DNA from: an uncultured Desulfarculus sp.
GTDB taxonomy: Bacteria > Desulfobacterota > Desulfarculia > Desulfarculales > Desulfarculaceae
DNA length: 64,000 nucleotides
Direction of reading: 5' to 3'
Assembly (NCBI GenBank): GCA_963665125.2
Contig: CAXXUK010000001.1
Span: 3,360,001-3,424,000 of the forward strand
Position numbers and translations under genes: made by a program. Shown here in pieces: positions 17,925-28,427 of this stretch. The notes beneath the pieces were generated by a model that was given only the letters and a program-made list of their open reading frames with translations, was not told the DNA's origin and did not search any database. Positions within the stretch are counted from its first letter, which is position 1; every line of letters begins with the position of its first letter.

Positions 17925-19151
17925 ATGTTTATCGACCAGGAACTCAAAGCCAAGGCCCAGGCGGCCAAAGACAAGGTCGCGGCCATTGGCAACGACATAG
18001 ACCTGAGCATGTTTCGCAGCGACGCCCCCACCGATGACACGGCCACCTGCGGCCCGCTCCAGGACCTGCCCGGCCAGCAGCTAGAAGACATGCTGATGGC
18101 CGGCGTGGATGTAAACAACCAAGAGCGCGGCGGCACCTTCATCATGAAGGATTCGCACACCATGCACTGCTCGGTGCAGCAGGACGGCCTGGAGGTCATC
18201 CCCATCCGTCAGGCCCTGGAGCACCACCCCTGGGTCAAGGGCTATTACTGGAACCTGGCCAGCCCGGACACCGACAAATACACCGCCGCGGTGGCCCTTG
18301 ACCTGCACGACGGCTATGTGATCCGGGCCCTGCCGGGCAGTAAAAGCGTCTATCCGCTCCAGGCCTGCCTGTACATGGACCAGGACAACAGCCAGCAGCA
18401 CGTGCACAACATCATCGTCGTCGAGGAAGGCGCCGAACTGCACATGATCTCCGGCTGCGCCACCAGCCCCAACATCAAAAAAGGTGTGCACATCGGCGTA
18501 AACGAATTTTACATCGGCAAAAACGCCAAGCTCTCCTTCACCATGATCCACAACTGGGGCGAAAGCGTGGCCGTGCGGCCCAGGTCCTACACCAAGGTCT
18601 ACGAAGGCGGCCAGTTCATCAGCAACTATGTCTGCATGAAACCGGTCCACGACCTGCAGATGTACCCCACCTGCCATCTCGACGGAAAGGATGCCGTGGG
18701 CCGCTTCTACTCGATTCTGGTGGGCACGCCCCAGACCAACATCGACGCCGGCGGACGGGTCATCCTCAACGAGCCCGGCTGCCGGGCCGAAATCGTCAGC
18801 CGAGCCATCACCAACGGCGGCAAGATCATGGCCAGGGGCCATCTGGTGGGCAAGGCCCCGGATATCAAGGCCCACCTGGAATGCCGGGGCCTGATCCTGG
18901 GCGGCGGGGCCATGCTGGCCGAACCCCAGCTCGACGGCTATGTGGACGGTGTGGAAATGAGCCACGAGGCCGCCGTGGGCAAGATCGCCCAGGATGAAAT
19001 CAACTACCTGATGACCAGGGGCCTTGACGAGGACGAAGCGACCTCCACAATCGTCCGCGGCTTTTTAAGCGTCGATATCCCCGGCCTGCCGCCCCAGCTC
19101 CAGGCCGAGATCGACAAGGCCGTCAACGCCACCGACGAACACGGCATGTAG
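17925..19151 (+). CDS. sufB: Fe-S scaffold, SufB/SufD (SmsB) family
   Basis: HLECRGL; SHEAAVGKIAQDEINYLMTRGLDEDEA; ATG at 17925 after AAGGA. Confidence 0.88.
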   Translation: MFIDQELKAKAQAAKDKVAAIGNDIDLSMFRSDAPTDDTATCGPLQDLPGQQLEDMLMAGVDVNNQERGGTFIMKDSHTMHCSVQQDGLEVIPIRQALEHHPWVKGYYWNLASPDTDKYTAAVALDLHDGYVIRALPGSKSVYPLQACLYMDQDNSQQHVHNIIVVEEGAELHMISGCATSPNIKKGVHIGVNEFYIGKNAKLSFTMIHNWGESVAVRPRSYTKVYEGGQFISNYVCMKPVHDLQMYPTCHLDGKDAVGRFYSILVGTPQTNIDAGGRVILNEPGCRAEIVSRAITNGGKIMARGHLVGKAPDIKAHLECRGLILGGGAMLAEPQLDGYVDGVEMSHEAAVGKIAQDEINYLMTRGLDEDEATSTIVRGFLSVDIPGLPPQLQAEIDKAVNATDEHGM

Positions 19152-19174
19152 CTGTTATTACCAGCATTCTTCTT

Positions 19175-19219
19175 TGGGCGACCCTTTTACTTTACAGCCA
19201 TAAGTAAAAGGGTCGCCCA
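19175..19219. terminator. Perfect 18-bp stem hairpin after sufB
   Basis: TGGGCGACCCTTTTACTT / AAGTAAAAGGGTCGCCCA. Confidence 0.7.
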
Positions 19220-19464
19220 CACCCCGCGCAATGTCTGCGCCGCCATATCCATGACAGCACCCGGCGCCCGGCCACGTTCCGGCCACGGCCTGGCCAATAC
19301 GCGCCACGGGCCTGCGCGACCCCCATTACTATTGTTAACCTTTACGGTATGAATTAACGCGTTAACCCAACATTAACATACACCTGCAAACACTGTTGCT
19401 TCTTCCAAATACAGTATTTCCCATTATTTTAGTCACATATGTATTGATCGGCGACATCGGGCTG

Positions 19465-19480
19465 TGGCACGCTAATTGTA
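19465..19480 (+). promoter_or_regulatory. Putative sigma-54 (-24/-12) promoter upstream of the octaheme cytochrome
   Basis: TGGCAC-GCTAA-TTGTA versus consensus TGGCAC-N5-TTGCW. Confidence 0.55.
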
Positions 19481-19608
19481 TCTACCGCATCGCTATGTTT
19501 TTTAGTTAGTTGGACATAAACAGACCCGGATCATTTCAACTCTTAGCTGATCAACGTTCGCATGAGCCACGCGGCATGCGAGGTTTCGGTAGAGGGAGGA
19601 AGCGTCAT

Positions 19609-21218
19609 ATGGGCAAACGAGGCATTGTTCTGGCGGGCCTGGCCGCGCTGTTGGCGCTGGCGGTTGGCTCGGCGGCCACGGCGGCCGAACAAAAGGATCA
19701 TCCCTTGCCCGGCCAGCGATGGATTACGGCGGACCACAGCAAATTTGAAGAGCTGAAAAAGCCGTTCACCAGCGGCCCGGAAGTGACCAAGGCCTGCCTT
19801 AGCTGCCACAACGAGGCGGGCAAGCAGGTCATGCAGACCATCCACTGGACATGGATGTGCCCCAAGGCCCCGCCCGAGGCCAAGCTGGGCAAGGGCGGCT
19901 GGGTGGTCAACAACTTCTGCATCGCCCTGCCTTCCAATGAACCGCGCTGCACCTCCTGCCACGCCGGTTACGGCTGGAAGGACAAGACCTTCGACTTCAG
20001 CGACGAGACCAAGATCGACTGTCTGGTCTGCCACGAGCAGACCGGCACCTATAAAAAATTCCCGGCAGGCGCGGGCAACCCGGCCAAGGAGCCCACGGTC
20101 TTCCCGGGCAACAAGAAAACATACAACCCGCCGGACTGGAACAAGGTGGCCCAGAGCGTCCACCGGCCCACCCGGCGCAACTGCGGCACCTGCCACTTTT
20201 TCGGCGGCGGCGGCGACGGCGTCAAGCACGGCGACCTGGACTCGTCCATGTTCAAACCGGACAAGAAGCTCGACGTGCACATGGACGCGGCGGGCAAGGA
20301 CTTCTCCTGCACCCGCTGCCACACCACCGTGGTGCACAAGATCAGCGGCCGCTGTTACAAGACCCCGGCCGCGGAGAAGCTCGTCACCCTGGCCCAGGAC
20401 GACCAGGTTTCGCGCATCACCTGCGTTTCGTGCCACACCGAAAAGCCCCACAAGCCCGGCGTGAAGGCCAACGACCACACCGACAAGGTGGCTTGCCAGA
20501 CCTGCCATATACCGGAGTTCGCCCGCAAGCTGCCCACCAAGATGTATTGGGACTGGTCCACGGCGGGCAAAATGAACGCCGAGGGCAAGCCCTTTGCCAC
20601 GATGGAAGAAGTCGGCGGGGTCAAGCGGCCGGTTTATGACACCAAAAAAGGCAACTTCATCTGGAAAACCAATGTCAGGCCGGTCTACAAGTGGTTCAAC
20701 GGCTCCATTGAAAACGTGATGCTGACCACGCCCATCGACCCCAACCAGCCTGTGGTTCTGACCAAGGTCCACGGCGAGCCCGGCGATCCAGGGCGAGGAT
20801 ATATCCCTTCAAGGAGCACCGGGGCAAGACCCCCTACGACGCCGGACGCAAGCGCATGGCCGTTCCCCATCTGTTCGGCAAGGACGGCACCGCCTATTGG
20901 AAAAACTTCGACTGGAAGAAGTCCCTGTCCGCCGGACAGGAATATGTGGGCCTGCCTTTCAGCGGCGAAGTGGGGTTCGTGGATACGGTCTATTATTTCC
21001 AGACCACCCACCAGGTCGCGCCCAAGGACAATGTGCTGGCCTGCGCCCAGTGCCACACCGCGCCGGAAAACAGCCGCATGGCCGGTATCGACGGCGTGTA
21101 CGTGCCGGGCCGCGACAGCGCTCCCTGGCTGAATTACCTTGGCTGGGGCGCCGTATTGGCCGCCATTATCGGCGTGTTGCTGCACGGCCTGGGCCGCGCT
21201 GTATTGCGCAAGAAATAG
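19609..21218 (+). CDS. Octaheme c-type cytochrome (tetrathionate reductase OTR family), split by a 1-bp frameshift near 20791
   Basis: Seven CxxCH in the first frame plus CAQCH in the 20856-21218 frame; sequence continues RIYPFKEHRGKTPYD in the shifted frame; signal peptide; C-terminal TM anchor. Confidence 0.88.
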
Positions 21219-21233
21219 CAAAGGCAGGCGAAA

Positions 21234-21848
21234 ATGACCAACGACCTGAAAAAAGTGTATATGTACTCCCGCTTCGAGCGGTTTTGGCACTGGGCTCAGG
21301 CCCTGCTGATAATCGTCCTGGGCATAACCGGCTTCGAGATCCACGGCTCGTACACCCTGATGGGCTTCGATACGGCCCACGACGTGCACGAGTTCTGCGC
21401 CTGGAGCTGGTTCGTGCTGTATGCCTTTGTCATCTTCTGGATGGCCACCACCGGCGAGTGGCGGCAATACATCCCCACCACCAAGCGCATGCTCGACGTG
21501 TGCGTGTATTACGGGGTGGGCATCTTCCAGGGCAAGGATCATCCCGTACCCAAAACCGAGCGCATCAAGCACAACCCCTTGCAGCGCATGACCTATCTGG
21601 GCATCTCGGTAATCATCATCCCGGCCCAGATGATCACCGGCTTCTTGTTCCTGTTCTACAACGACTGGCCGGCCTGGGGCTGGTCCGGTTTCCTGAACCT
21701 CAACGTGGTGGCCCTGTTGCACACCATCGGCGCCTTTGGTTTTGTGGTCTTCCTGGTGGTGCATATCTACATGACCACCACCGGCCACACCGTGGGCGCG
21801 CATATGAAGGCCATGATCACGGGGTATGAAGATGTAAAGGAATGCTGA
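21234..21848 (+). CDS. Cytochrome b subunit (PhsC/FdnI-like membrane anchor)
   Basis: ERFWHW, HNPLQR, LLHTIG, VVHIYMTTTG heme-b histidines; 4 TM. Confidence 0.9.
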   Translation: MTNDLKKVYMYSRFERFWHWAQALLIIVLGITGFEIHGSYTLMGFDTAHDVHEFCAWSWFVLYAFVIFWMATTGEWRQYIPTTKRMLDVCVYYGVGIFQGKDHPVPKTERIKHNPLQRMTYLGISVIIIPAQMITGFLFLFYNDWPAWGWSGFLNLNVVALLHTIGAFGFVVFLVVHIYMTTTGHTVGAHMKAMITGYEDVKEC

Positions 21849-21878
21849 ACACGCCTCTGTTCGGCGATGCATAGCGCC

Positions 21879-21912
21879 AAGGCCCCGCAGGTCACCCCCC
21901 GGGGCCTTTTTT
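21879..21912. terminator. Intrinsic terminator
   Basis: AAGGCCCCG...CGGGGCCTT followed by T-run. Confidence 0.7.
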
Positions 21913-21937
21913 GCGTCTTCAGCCGCCGCACCCATTT

Positions 21938-22462
21938 CTATTCCGGCAGGCTGTAATGAACCTCCCGGTGGCATTTGCCCGTGTGATGCATCAGGCAGCG
22001 GGAATCCGCCGGTTCCATGTGCGCCTTCAGGCCCAATGCCCTCAGCCAGGCGACAATACGCTCGAGAATACCGCACTGGTATTCAGCGGCGCAGCCCATC
22101 ATCTCCATGCCCTGGTGGGCGAAGCAGCTCTGCATGTCCATGACCAGGACCCCCGGTTTCATTTCCCAATCAAAGCTCATGAAATCGCCGATCTGCACGC
22201 TGATGCCTTGGGTCAACAATTTGCGGATCGATTCGTGGCTGTTAATGTTTTCAATACCCAAAACCTTGCTGACCCGCTTGATCTCGATGGGCGCCATGGC
22301 CTTGATGGCGGCGAGGTTCAGCTTGTTTGCCGTCTCAATGCCGCACTCGCCCAACACCTGCATGAACCACATGCCGTCATGGGTCATCCAGCCGCGTGTG
22401 AGCAATTGTTTCAACTGCTCCAAATCGACTCCCTCGGGACACCCCTTGCCGTCAAAATGCAT
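21938..22462 (-). CDS. Hypothetical protein (DUF6125-like)
   Basis: WMTHDGMWF motif with spaced cysteines. Confidence 0.65.
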   Translation of the reverse strand: MHFDGKGCPEGVDLEQLKQLLTRGWMTHDGMWFMQVLGECGIETANKLNLAAIKAMAPIEIKRVSKVLGIENINSHESIRKLLTQGISVQIGDFMSFDWEMKPGVLVMDMQSCFAHQGMEMMGCAAEYQCGILERIVAWLRALGLKAHMEPADSRCLMHHTGKCHREVHYSLPE

Positions 22463-22499
22463 TTTGGTTTTCCTTTCGCAACCGCTTGTATTGGTCCGC

Positions 22500-23411
22500 T
22501 TAGATCGCTGCGTAGCGGCCGGTGATCACCGGCCGGTCGTTGCCCATTGTCATCAGGTCAAACCGGCCTCCTTCACCCACTGTAAGGTTCACATCCTGAC
22601 CGTAGAACACCGGCCCTTTCAGAGCGGCATCCAGCCGGAAAATCCGGCCGGCTGAACCGTTGACCAGCCGCCATAGGCAATGGGCCAATAAGGGTTGGGA
22701 ATGGCTGTACATGTCGGTGAAACCACGCAGTCTGGCATAACGTCTGGAGGTGTGTATGCCGTTATAATCGCCGGAGAGCCGGGCAAAACGCCAGCCGTTT
22801 TGGTGCATGGCCCACTGTCCCAGGCTTTGACCCGGGCCGATTGGTTCGAATTCGGCCGACCTTGATTTCGGCTCCACGGATCCGCCGTGTTTGACGGGAA
22901 AGAAGTAGGCGCACGAGTTGGCCCACACCGGCCGGTTGTCGGCAAGGGCGTTGGAGCAGACATCCACCTCCACTCCCTTCGGCGCCAGGCGAAAAGCGGT
23001 TATACCCGTGCGCAATTCCAGGGCGCGGTCCAGGGGGATCGCCTTCAGCAGGGAGATGTGGTTGCGCACCTGGAACATGGTGTGGGCCTTCAGGGGTATC
23101 TCGGCGTGCGTCAACAGGTGCAGATGATGGGCAAAGCAAAGGCAGTGCAGCCAAATGGCGTCCAATTCATGGGTCGGCTCCAGGCCGCAGGTCCGGGCAA
23201 AGGCACCTGATCTGGCCCCGCCGATCATCAGGTTGGCCTGCCGGGAACAAAGATGCGAAACGTTCGCGCACTCATCAAGAGACTGCCGAGGCATGACCAA
23301 CGACTTCATCAGGGAGGCTCCGGTGGACGGGCTTTGTCTCAGGTTGATGACTCCGGAGTTCTCATAGTTATGATACCTTGTTTCGTTTAGTTTGATATCA
23401 AACAATAACAT
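22500..23411 (-). CDS. MaoC-like double hot-dog dehydratase; true start uncertain
   Basis: RFARLSGDYNGIH hydratase motif; LKGPVF; an out-of-frame ATG at 23365 with RBS may indicate an early frameshift or a later start. Confidence 0.75.
   Translation of the reverse strand: MLLFDIKLNETRYHNYENSGVINLRQSPSTGASLMKSLVMPRQSLDECANVSHLCSRQANLMIGGARSGAFARTCGLEPTHELDAIWLHCLCFAHHLHLLTHAEIPLKAHTMFQVRNHISLLKAIPLDRALELRTGITAFRLAPKGVEVDVCSNALADNRPVWANSCAYFFPVKHGGSVEPKSRSAEFEPIGPGQSLGQWAMHQNGWRFARLSGDYNGIHTSRRYARLRGFTDMYSHSQPLLAHCLWRLVNGSAGRIFRLDAALKGPVFYGQDVNLTVGEGGRFDLMTMGNDRPVITGRYAAI
23390..23403. promoter_or_regulatory. Palindrome, putative MarR operator 2
   Basis: GTTTGATATCAAAC perfect palindrome resembling the one at 23886-23911. 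Confidence 0.55.
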
Positions 23412-23420
23412 GAAAAAAAA

Positions 23421-23852
23421 TTACTCCAGATTGCGGTTGATCCTGGCCAGCAATTCGGCCAGCATTAGTTTTTCAGCCTCGGAAAACCCCTTGTACACCG
23501 TTTCCATGAATTGATTGCCGATGTCTTTGAACTGCCCTATCATTTCCATGGTCTTTCCCGTGGGGCTGACGATGATCACCCGGCTGTCGTCAGGGTCCTT
23601 GGCCAAGGTCAGATATTCCAATTCCTCCAAACGATGCACCATGCCGGAAAGCGTTGATTTATCACGATCAATGGCAGCGGCAAGGTTTTTCATGGGCATG
23701 GGCCCGCCCCGCATGAGAGCCACCAGCAAATCACCGTGACTGGGCGCCAAATCCGTAAAACCCCGTTGTTTCAACTGGTCGGCCAGGTACCTGTGGACCC
23801 GTTCGCGAAAGCGCGAACACAGGGCAGGTACGTTCATGGGTGTTACTTGCAT
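23421..23852 (-). CDS. MarR-family regulator
   Basis: LAAAIDRDKSTLSGMVHRLEELEYL...DPDDSRVIIVSPTGK. Confidence 0.92.
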   Translation of the reverse strand: MQVTPMNVPALCSRFRERVHRYLADQLKQRGFTDLAPSHGDLLVALMRGGPMPMKNLAAAIDRDKSTLSGMVHRLEELEYLTLAKDPDDSRVIIVSPTGKTMEMIGQFKDIGNQFMETVYKGFSEAEKLMLAELLARINRNLE

Positions 23853-23885
23853 TGATTACTCTCATTGCTTAGACGCCTTGGAACC

Positions 23886-23911
23886 AATATAGTTTTATTA
23901 AAAACTATATT
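23886..23911. promoter_or_regulatory. Palindrome, putative MarR autoregulatory operator
   Basis: AATATAGTTTT-ATTA-AAAACTATATT. Confidence 0.65.
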
Positions 23912-24057
23912 CAAGCCTTTTTCATTCCATGGAAAACTTCAGACCGCGCTTCTGGTGGCTTAACAGCATGAATGCCAAGCTGCTACAATTTATAGATGAT
24001 ATCACATTTCTTTCAAGTTCCTGGCATTCACGGTCTGGCTGATCCGGAGGAGGGAAC

Positions 24058-27000
24058 ATGCAATTTCCGCGAATAGACATACTAATCATCGAAGACGACA
24101 AATTTGCCAGGGAAGCCGTGATCGACAACTTGAACTCTCTTGACAACTTTGCATTCAACATCAAGCAGGCGGGAAACCTGGCCGATGGGCTTACGGTTCT
24201 ACGCGGATATGATTTTCAGGCGATAGTCCTGGATCTCAATCTGCCGGACTCTCTGGGCCTGGATACGTTGATAAGCATTAAGTCAAATGCTCCCAATACC
24301 CCCGTAGTCGTCCTGACAGGCGAAGTCGGATCGGATATCGCCCTGAGAGCCTTGGAAATAGGTGCCGAAGAGTTTGTCGAAAAAAGATTTTTGGCAGGCC
24401 CCTTGTTGGCCCGAACCATCCATTTCGCCATTGAGCGGAAAAAAGCCGCCGCCAAGATTCAATTTGAAAAGGCCCAAAAGGAACTGATTCTGGACAACCT
24501 CTATGAGCGCGTTTTGCTCGTGGACAAGGACCTGAATCTGCTATGGGCCAACCGGTCATCCCGGCGCGACGCCATTGAAGACCTTGAAAAGGGCATCGGC
24601 CGCCCATGCAGGGATTTTTGGGGACGCGATGATCATTTTTGCAATGATTGCATTCTGTTCGAAGTGATCAAAACGGGCGCCCCAAAGACAATCGAAATCG
24701 AATCCCCAAGCGGCAGAACATTCTTCATCTCTGGTACGCCCGTGCACGACAACAACGACAATCTGATGGGAGCAGTTGAAGTATCCCTGGAAACCACGCA
24801 GCTTAAAATGGCGGAAAAAGCCCTCAGGGAAAGCAATTTCCGCTATGAGCAACTATTAAATAACGCCGTGGATATCATCTACAACGTCGATAAGGAAGGG
24901 TACTTCACCTTTGTAAACAAAGCCGTGGAAAAGATCCTGGGCTACACACCGGAGGAACTTATAGGAACCCATTCCCGCGATTATCAAGGGGGCGATCAAT
25001 ACCGGCAATCTCTTCGGAATAATCGAGATCAATTCTCCTCAGGAAAGACAAAAACCTACGCCGAATTCCCGGTGATGTCAAAAAACGGAAACGTGGTCTG
25101 GCTCGGACAGAATTTGTGGCAGGTCCAAGACGAGGACGGAACCATTGCCTATCAGGCAATTGCCCGGGATATCACTGATTTAAAAAACACACGCAACGCC
25201 TTGGAAGCGGCCTACATGCACATGGAAGACCGTATCCGCCAGCGCACGGCCCAGCTGGAAGAGGCAAAGAAACAATGGGAAAGGACCTTTGACGCGGTTC
25301 CGGACCGCCTGGCCATTATTGACAAAGGCCATCGCCTGATAAGGCTCAACAAGGCAATGGCCGACGCAATGGGTGGCAAATTCACTGATTTTATCGGCAA
25401 GCGATGCATTGATCTCCCGGTATGCAGCAACAAAGATACTGATAATTGCCCCCACGCCTTGCTGATGAGGGACCAGCAGCCCCACACCATTGAGACCTTT
25501 GACCCCCAAAAAGACGAGACTCTTTCCATCACGGCCGCGCCACTGTTTGATAACGACGGCGCGCTTATCGGCTGCGTGCATGTCTCCAGGGATATCAGCG
25601 GCACCAAAAGAGCGGAAAAAGCATTGCAGGAACAGTTGAACTTTCAACAAAAGCTGATGGACACCATCCCCAACCCCATTTTCTTCAAAGATGAAAACGG
25701 CGTGTACATGGGCTGCAACAGCGCGTTTGAAAACCTGATAGGCCTGCCCCGACACCAGATAATCGGCAAGTCAGTGTTTGACCTGTGGGATAGTGACCAA
25801 GCCGAGACATACCATGAGCAGGACATCTGGCTGTATCAGAACCCCGGGACGCAATTGTTTGAAACTCAACTGCTAAACGCCAACGGCGATATCCGCGATG
25901 TCATTTTCAACAAGGCCGCCTACTTTGACGCCTCGGGAAACGTAGCCGGGCTGGTCGGCATCATCGCCGACATAACCGAGCGCCGCGATGCCGAGCGGGA
26001 GCTGGCCTTCAGCGAGGAACGCTACCGCACATTGGTGGAATCGTTGTCCGAGGGCCTGATCATAGTTGACCCAAAGCTCAATATCGTTTTTGCCAACAAA
26101 CGGTTCGTTGAAATGGTCGCCGCCGATGAAAAAGAAATAACAAAAATGAACATGACTGAATTTTTGGATGAAGAAAACAAAAAGATCGTCGCGGAGCAGT
26201 ACGAGAGGCGCCGCCAGGGAGCCTCCGACACCTATGAAGCGGCCCTTTCCGCCCTTGACGGCGCTGTCATAAATGCCCTTATTTCTCCTAAACCGATTTT
26301 TGATTCTAAAAACCAATTCAAGGGGTCCTACGCCCTGGTCACCGATATAACCGAAAGAAAGAAATTGGAAAGCCAATTGGTCCAGGCCCAAAAACTGGAA
26401 TCAATCGGCCAACTCGCGGCGGGCATAGCCCATGAAATCAATACGCCCACCCAGTACGTCCTCAGCAACACCAGATTTTTGGAAGGCGCCTTCAACGAGT
26501 TGTCCCAATTAATGAACTCCTACGCCAAGCTGGCCGAAGCCGCTGAAAAGAGCCCGGACCTTGCCGAAGCGGCCGGGCAGGTTAAAGAGCTCGCCGAGGA
26601 ATTGGACCTCGAGTTCCTGACCGAAGAAATCCCCAAGGCCATCGAGGCGGACGTTGAAGGCCTTGAACGAATCGCCAAGATAGTCGGCTCCATGAAGGCC
26701 TTTGCCCATCCCGGAGCAGAGGAGCTCAGCCCCACCGACCTCAACAAGGCCATTGAAAACACGGTTACGGTGGCCCGAAACGAGTGGAAATACGTGGCCG
26801 ATGTGGAGTTTGATTTGGACCCGGCCATGCCGCTGGTGCCGTGCTTGGCCGCCGAATTGAATCAAGTCTTTCTCAACATCATAGTTAACGCCGCCCAGGC
26901 CATCGGCGAAGTGGTCCGGGAAGGCGCCGAGTCAAAGGGCAAAATCAACATTACAACTTCCTATGACGCTGATGCGGCCCGGATAAGCATCAAGGACGAC

Positions 27001-27213
27001 GGCCCTGGCATTCCCGAAGAAATTCAGAACAGAGTATTTGACCCGTTCTTTACGACAAAGGAGCTGGGCAAGGGCACCGGCCAGGGCCTGGCAATCGCCT
27101 ATAGGGTGGTGGCCGAACAGCACAAGGGAAACATCCAGATCATCAGCAAACCGGGAGAAGGAACCGAGTTTCTCATCCAGATACCATTTGTAAGACGGGG
27201 GGGGCATGAATGA
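24058..27213 (+). CDS. Hybrid cytoplasmic histidine kinase (N-terminal REC, multiple PAS, HisKA, HATPase)
   Basis: LDLNLPDS receiver; repeated PAS ending DITE/DITD; GIAHEINTP; FFTTKELGKGTGQGL. Confidence 0.93.
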   Translation: MQFPRIDILIIEDDKFAREAVIDNLNSLDNFAFNIKQAGNLADGLTVLRGYDFQAIVLDLNLPDSLGLDTLISIKSNAPNTPVVVLTGEVGSDIALRALEIGAEEFVEKRFLAGPLLARTIHFAIERKKAAAKIQFEKAQKELILDNLYERVLLVDKDLNLLWANRSSRRDAIEDLEKGIGRPCRDFWGRDDHFCNDCILFEVIKTGAPKTIEIESPSGRTFFISGTPVHDNNDNLMGAVEVSLETTQLKMAEKALRESNFRYEQLLNNAVDIIYNVDKEGYFTFVNKAVEKILGYTPEELIGTHSRDYQGGDQYRQSLRNNRDQFSSGKTKTYAEFPVMSKNGNVVWLGQNLWQVQDEDGTIAYQAIARDITDLKNTRNALEAAYMHMEDRIRQRTAQLEEAKKQWERTFDAVPDRLAIIDKGHRLIRLNKAMADAMGGKFTDFIGKRCIDLPVCSNKDTDNCPHALLMRDQQPHTIETFDPQKDETLSITAAPLFDNDGALIGCVHVSRDISGTKRAEKALQEQLNFQQKLMDTIPNPIFFKDENGVYMGCNSAFENLIGLPRHQIIGKSVFDLWDSDQAETYHEQDIWLYQNPGTQLFETQLLNANGDIRDVIFNKAAYFDASGNVAGLVGIIADITERRDAERELAFSEERYRTLVESLSEGLIIVDPKLNIVFANKRFVEMVAADEKEITKMNMTEFLDEENKKIVAEQYERRRQGASDTYEAALSALDGAVINALISPKPIFDSKNQFKGSYALVTDITERKKLESQLVQAQKLESIGQLAAGIAHEINTPTQYVLSNTRFLEGAFNELSQLMNSYAKLAEAAEKSPDLAEAAGQVKELAEELDLEFLTEEIPKAIEADVEGLERIAKIVGSMKAFAHPGAEELSPTDLNKAIENTVTVARNEWKYVADVEFDLDPAMPLVPCLAAELNQVFLNIIVNAAQAIGEVVREGAESKGKINITTSYDADAARISIKDDGPGIPEEIQNRVFDPFFTTKELGKGTGQGLAIAYRVVAEQHKGNIQIISKPGEGTEFLIQIPFVRRGGHE

Positions 27214-28427
27214 TGAAATGCATCCTTTTTGTGGACGACGAAGCAAAGGTCCTCGATGGCCTCAGGCGCATGCTGCGGCCCAAACGAAAAAAATGGGATA
27301 TGGCCTTTGTCCAAAGCGCTCGGGAGGCCCTGGAGGTATTGGAGAAAACCCCCTTTGATATTATCGTCACGGATATGCGGATGCCCGGCATGGACGGGGC
27401 CGATCTATTGGAAATTGTCAGGAAGCGCTATCCGTCAATGGTCCGCATCGTTCTCTCGGGCCATTCCGAACACGAAAACATTATGAGATCAGTGCGCCCG
27501 GCCCACCAATACCTGGCCAAACCCGTCGGCCAGGAAGAACTGGAAAAAGTCCTGAACGCCGCCCTGCAACTCCATGGAGTGTTAGGTGATCCCAACCTGA
27601 TTGAAATCTTGGGAAAGGCCGAGTCGCTTCCGTCACTGCCCCAGACCTACGCCAGTCTGGTGGATGCGATGGAGTCTGAAGAATGCTCCCTGGAAGAAAT
27701 CGGGAAAATCATTGAACAAGATCTGGGCATGACCGCCACCCTGCTCAAAGTGGTCAATTCGGCGTTTTTCGGCCTGCCGCGCAAAATTTCTTCCCCGGCC
27801 CAGGCCGCAAGCCTGCTTGGTCTGGATATTTTACGTTCACTGGTGTTGTCGTATCAGCTGTTCAGCACGTTCGAGTTAAAAAATACCCGGCATTTTTCCT
27901 TTGACGGCCTGTGGCGTCACAGCACCACGGTGGGCTCCATGGCCAAGAAAATAGCTCAAACCGAAGACATGGACAAAGTGCTGGTGGACGAGGCGTTCAT
28001 GGCCGGTATTCTGCACGACGTTGGCAAGCTGATTCTGTATCACTTCACGCCCAAACGTTACGGCGAGGTCATAGAACATGTCAGAAACGACAGCGGAACG
28101 GTATTTCAAATTGAAAAAAGGGGGTTTGGCACCAGCCATGCCCAGGTGGGTGCGTTTCTGATGGGGCTTTGGGGCATGTCGGAAAACGTGGTGCAGTCCA
28201 TTGCCTTTCACCACAATCCGGGCGACTGGGAGCCCCAGGAACTGGGTCTTCACAGCATCGTGCATGCTGCCAACGTATTCGAGCACGAACTTCGAGTGGT
28301 CCATAAGCACTACAGGATTCCGGAGTTGGATATGGATCATTTCAACGCAATAGGGCTTGCCGGCAAGCTTGACGCCTGGCGGGAGCAATGCCAATTACTG
28401 GTGAACAACGGAGGCCCTCTTGATTGA
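27210..28427 (+). CDS. Response regulator with HDOD domain
   Basis: FVDDE..TDMRMP; LPSLP...LLKVVNSAFFG...AGILHDVGKL. Confidence 0.92.
   Translation: MMKCILFVDDEAKVLDGLRRMLRPKRKKWDMAFVQSAREALEVLEKTPFDIIVTDMRMPGMDGADLLEIVRKRYPSMVRIVLSGHSEHENIMRSVRPAHQYLAKPVGQEELEKVLNAALQLHGVLGDPNLIEILGKAESLPSLPQTYASLVDAMESEECSLEEIGKIIEQDLGMTATLLKVVNSAFFGLPRKISSPAQAASLLGLDILRSLVLSYQLFSTFELKNTRHFSFDGLWRHSTTVGSMAKKIAQTEDMDKVLVDEAFMAGILHDVGKLILYHFTPKRYGEVIEHVRNDSGTVFQIEKRGFGTSHAQVGAFLMGLWGMSENVVQSIAFHHNPGDWEPQELGLHSIVHAANVFEHELRVVHKHYRIPELDMDHFNAIGLAGKLDAWREQCQLLVNNGGPLD

Noticed and set aside
20785..20800. Programmed ribosomal frameshift in the octaheme cytochrome
   Set aside because: No slippery heptamer or evident stimulatory structure; a single-base loss in a G-run is simpler
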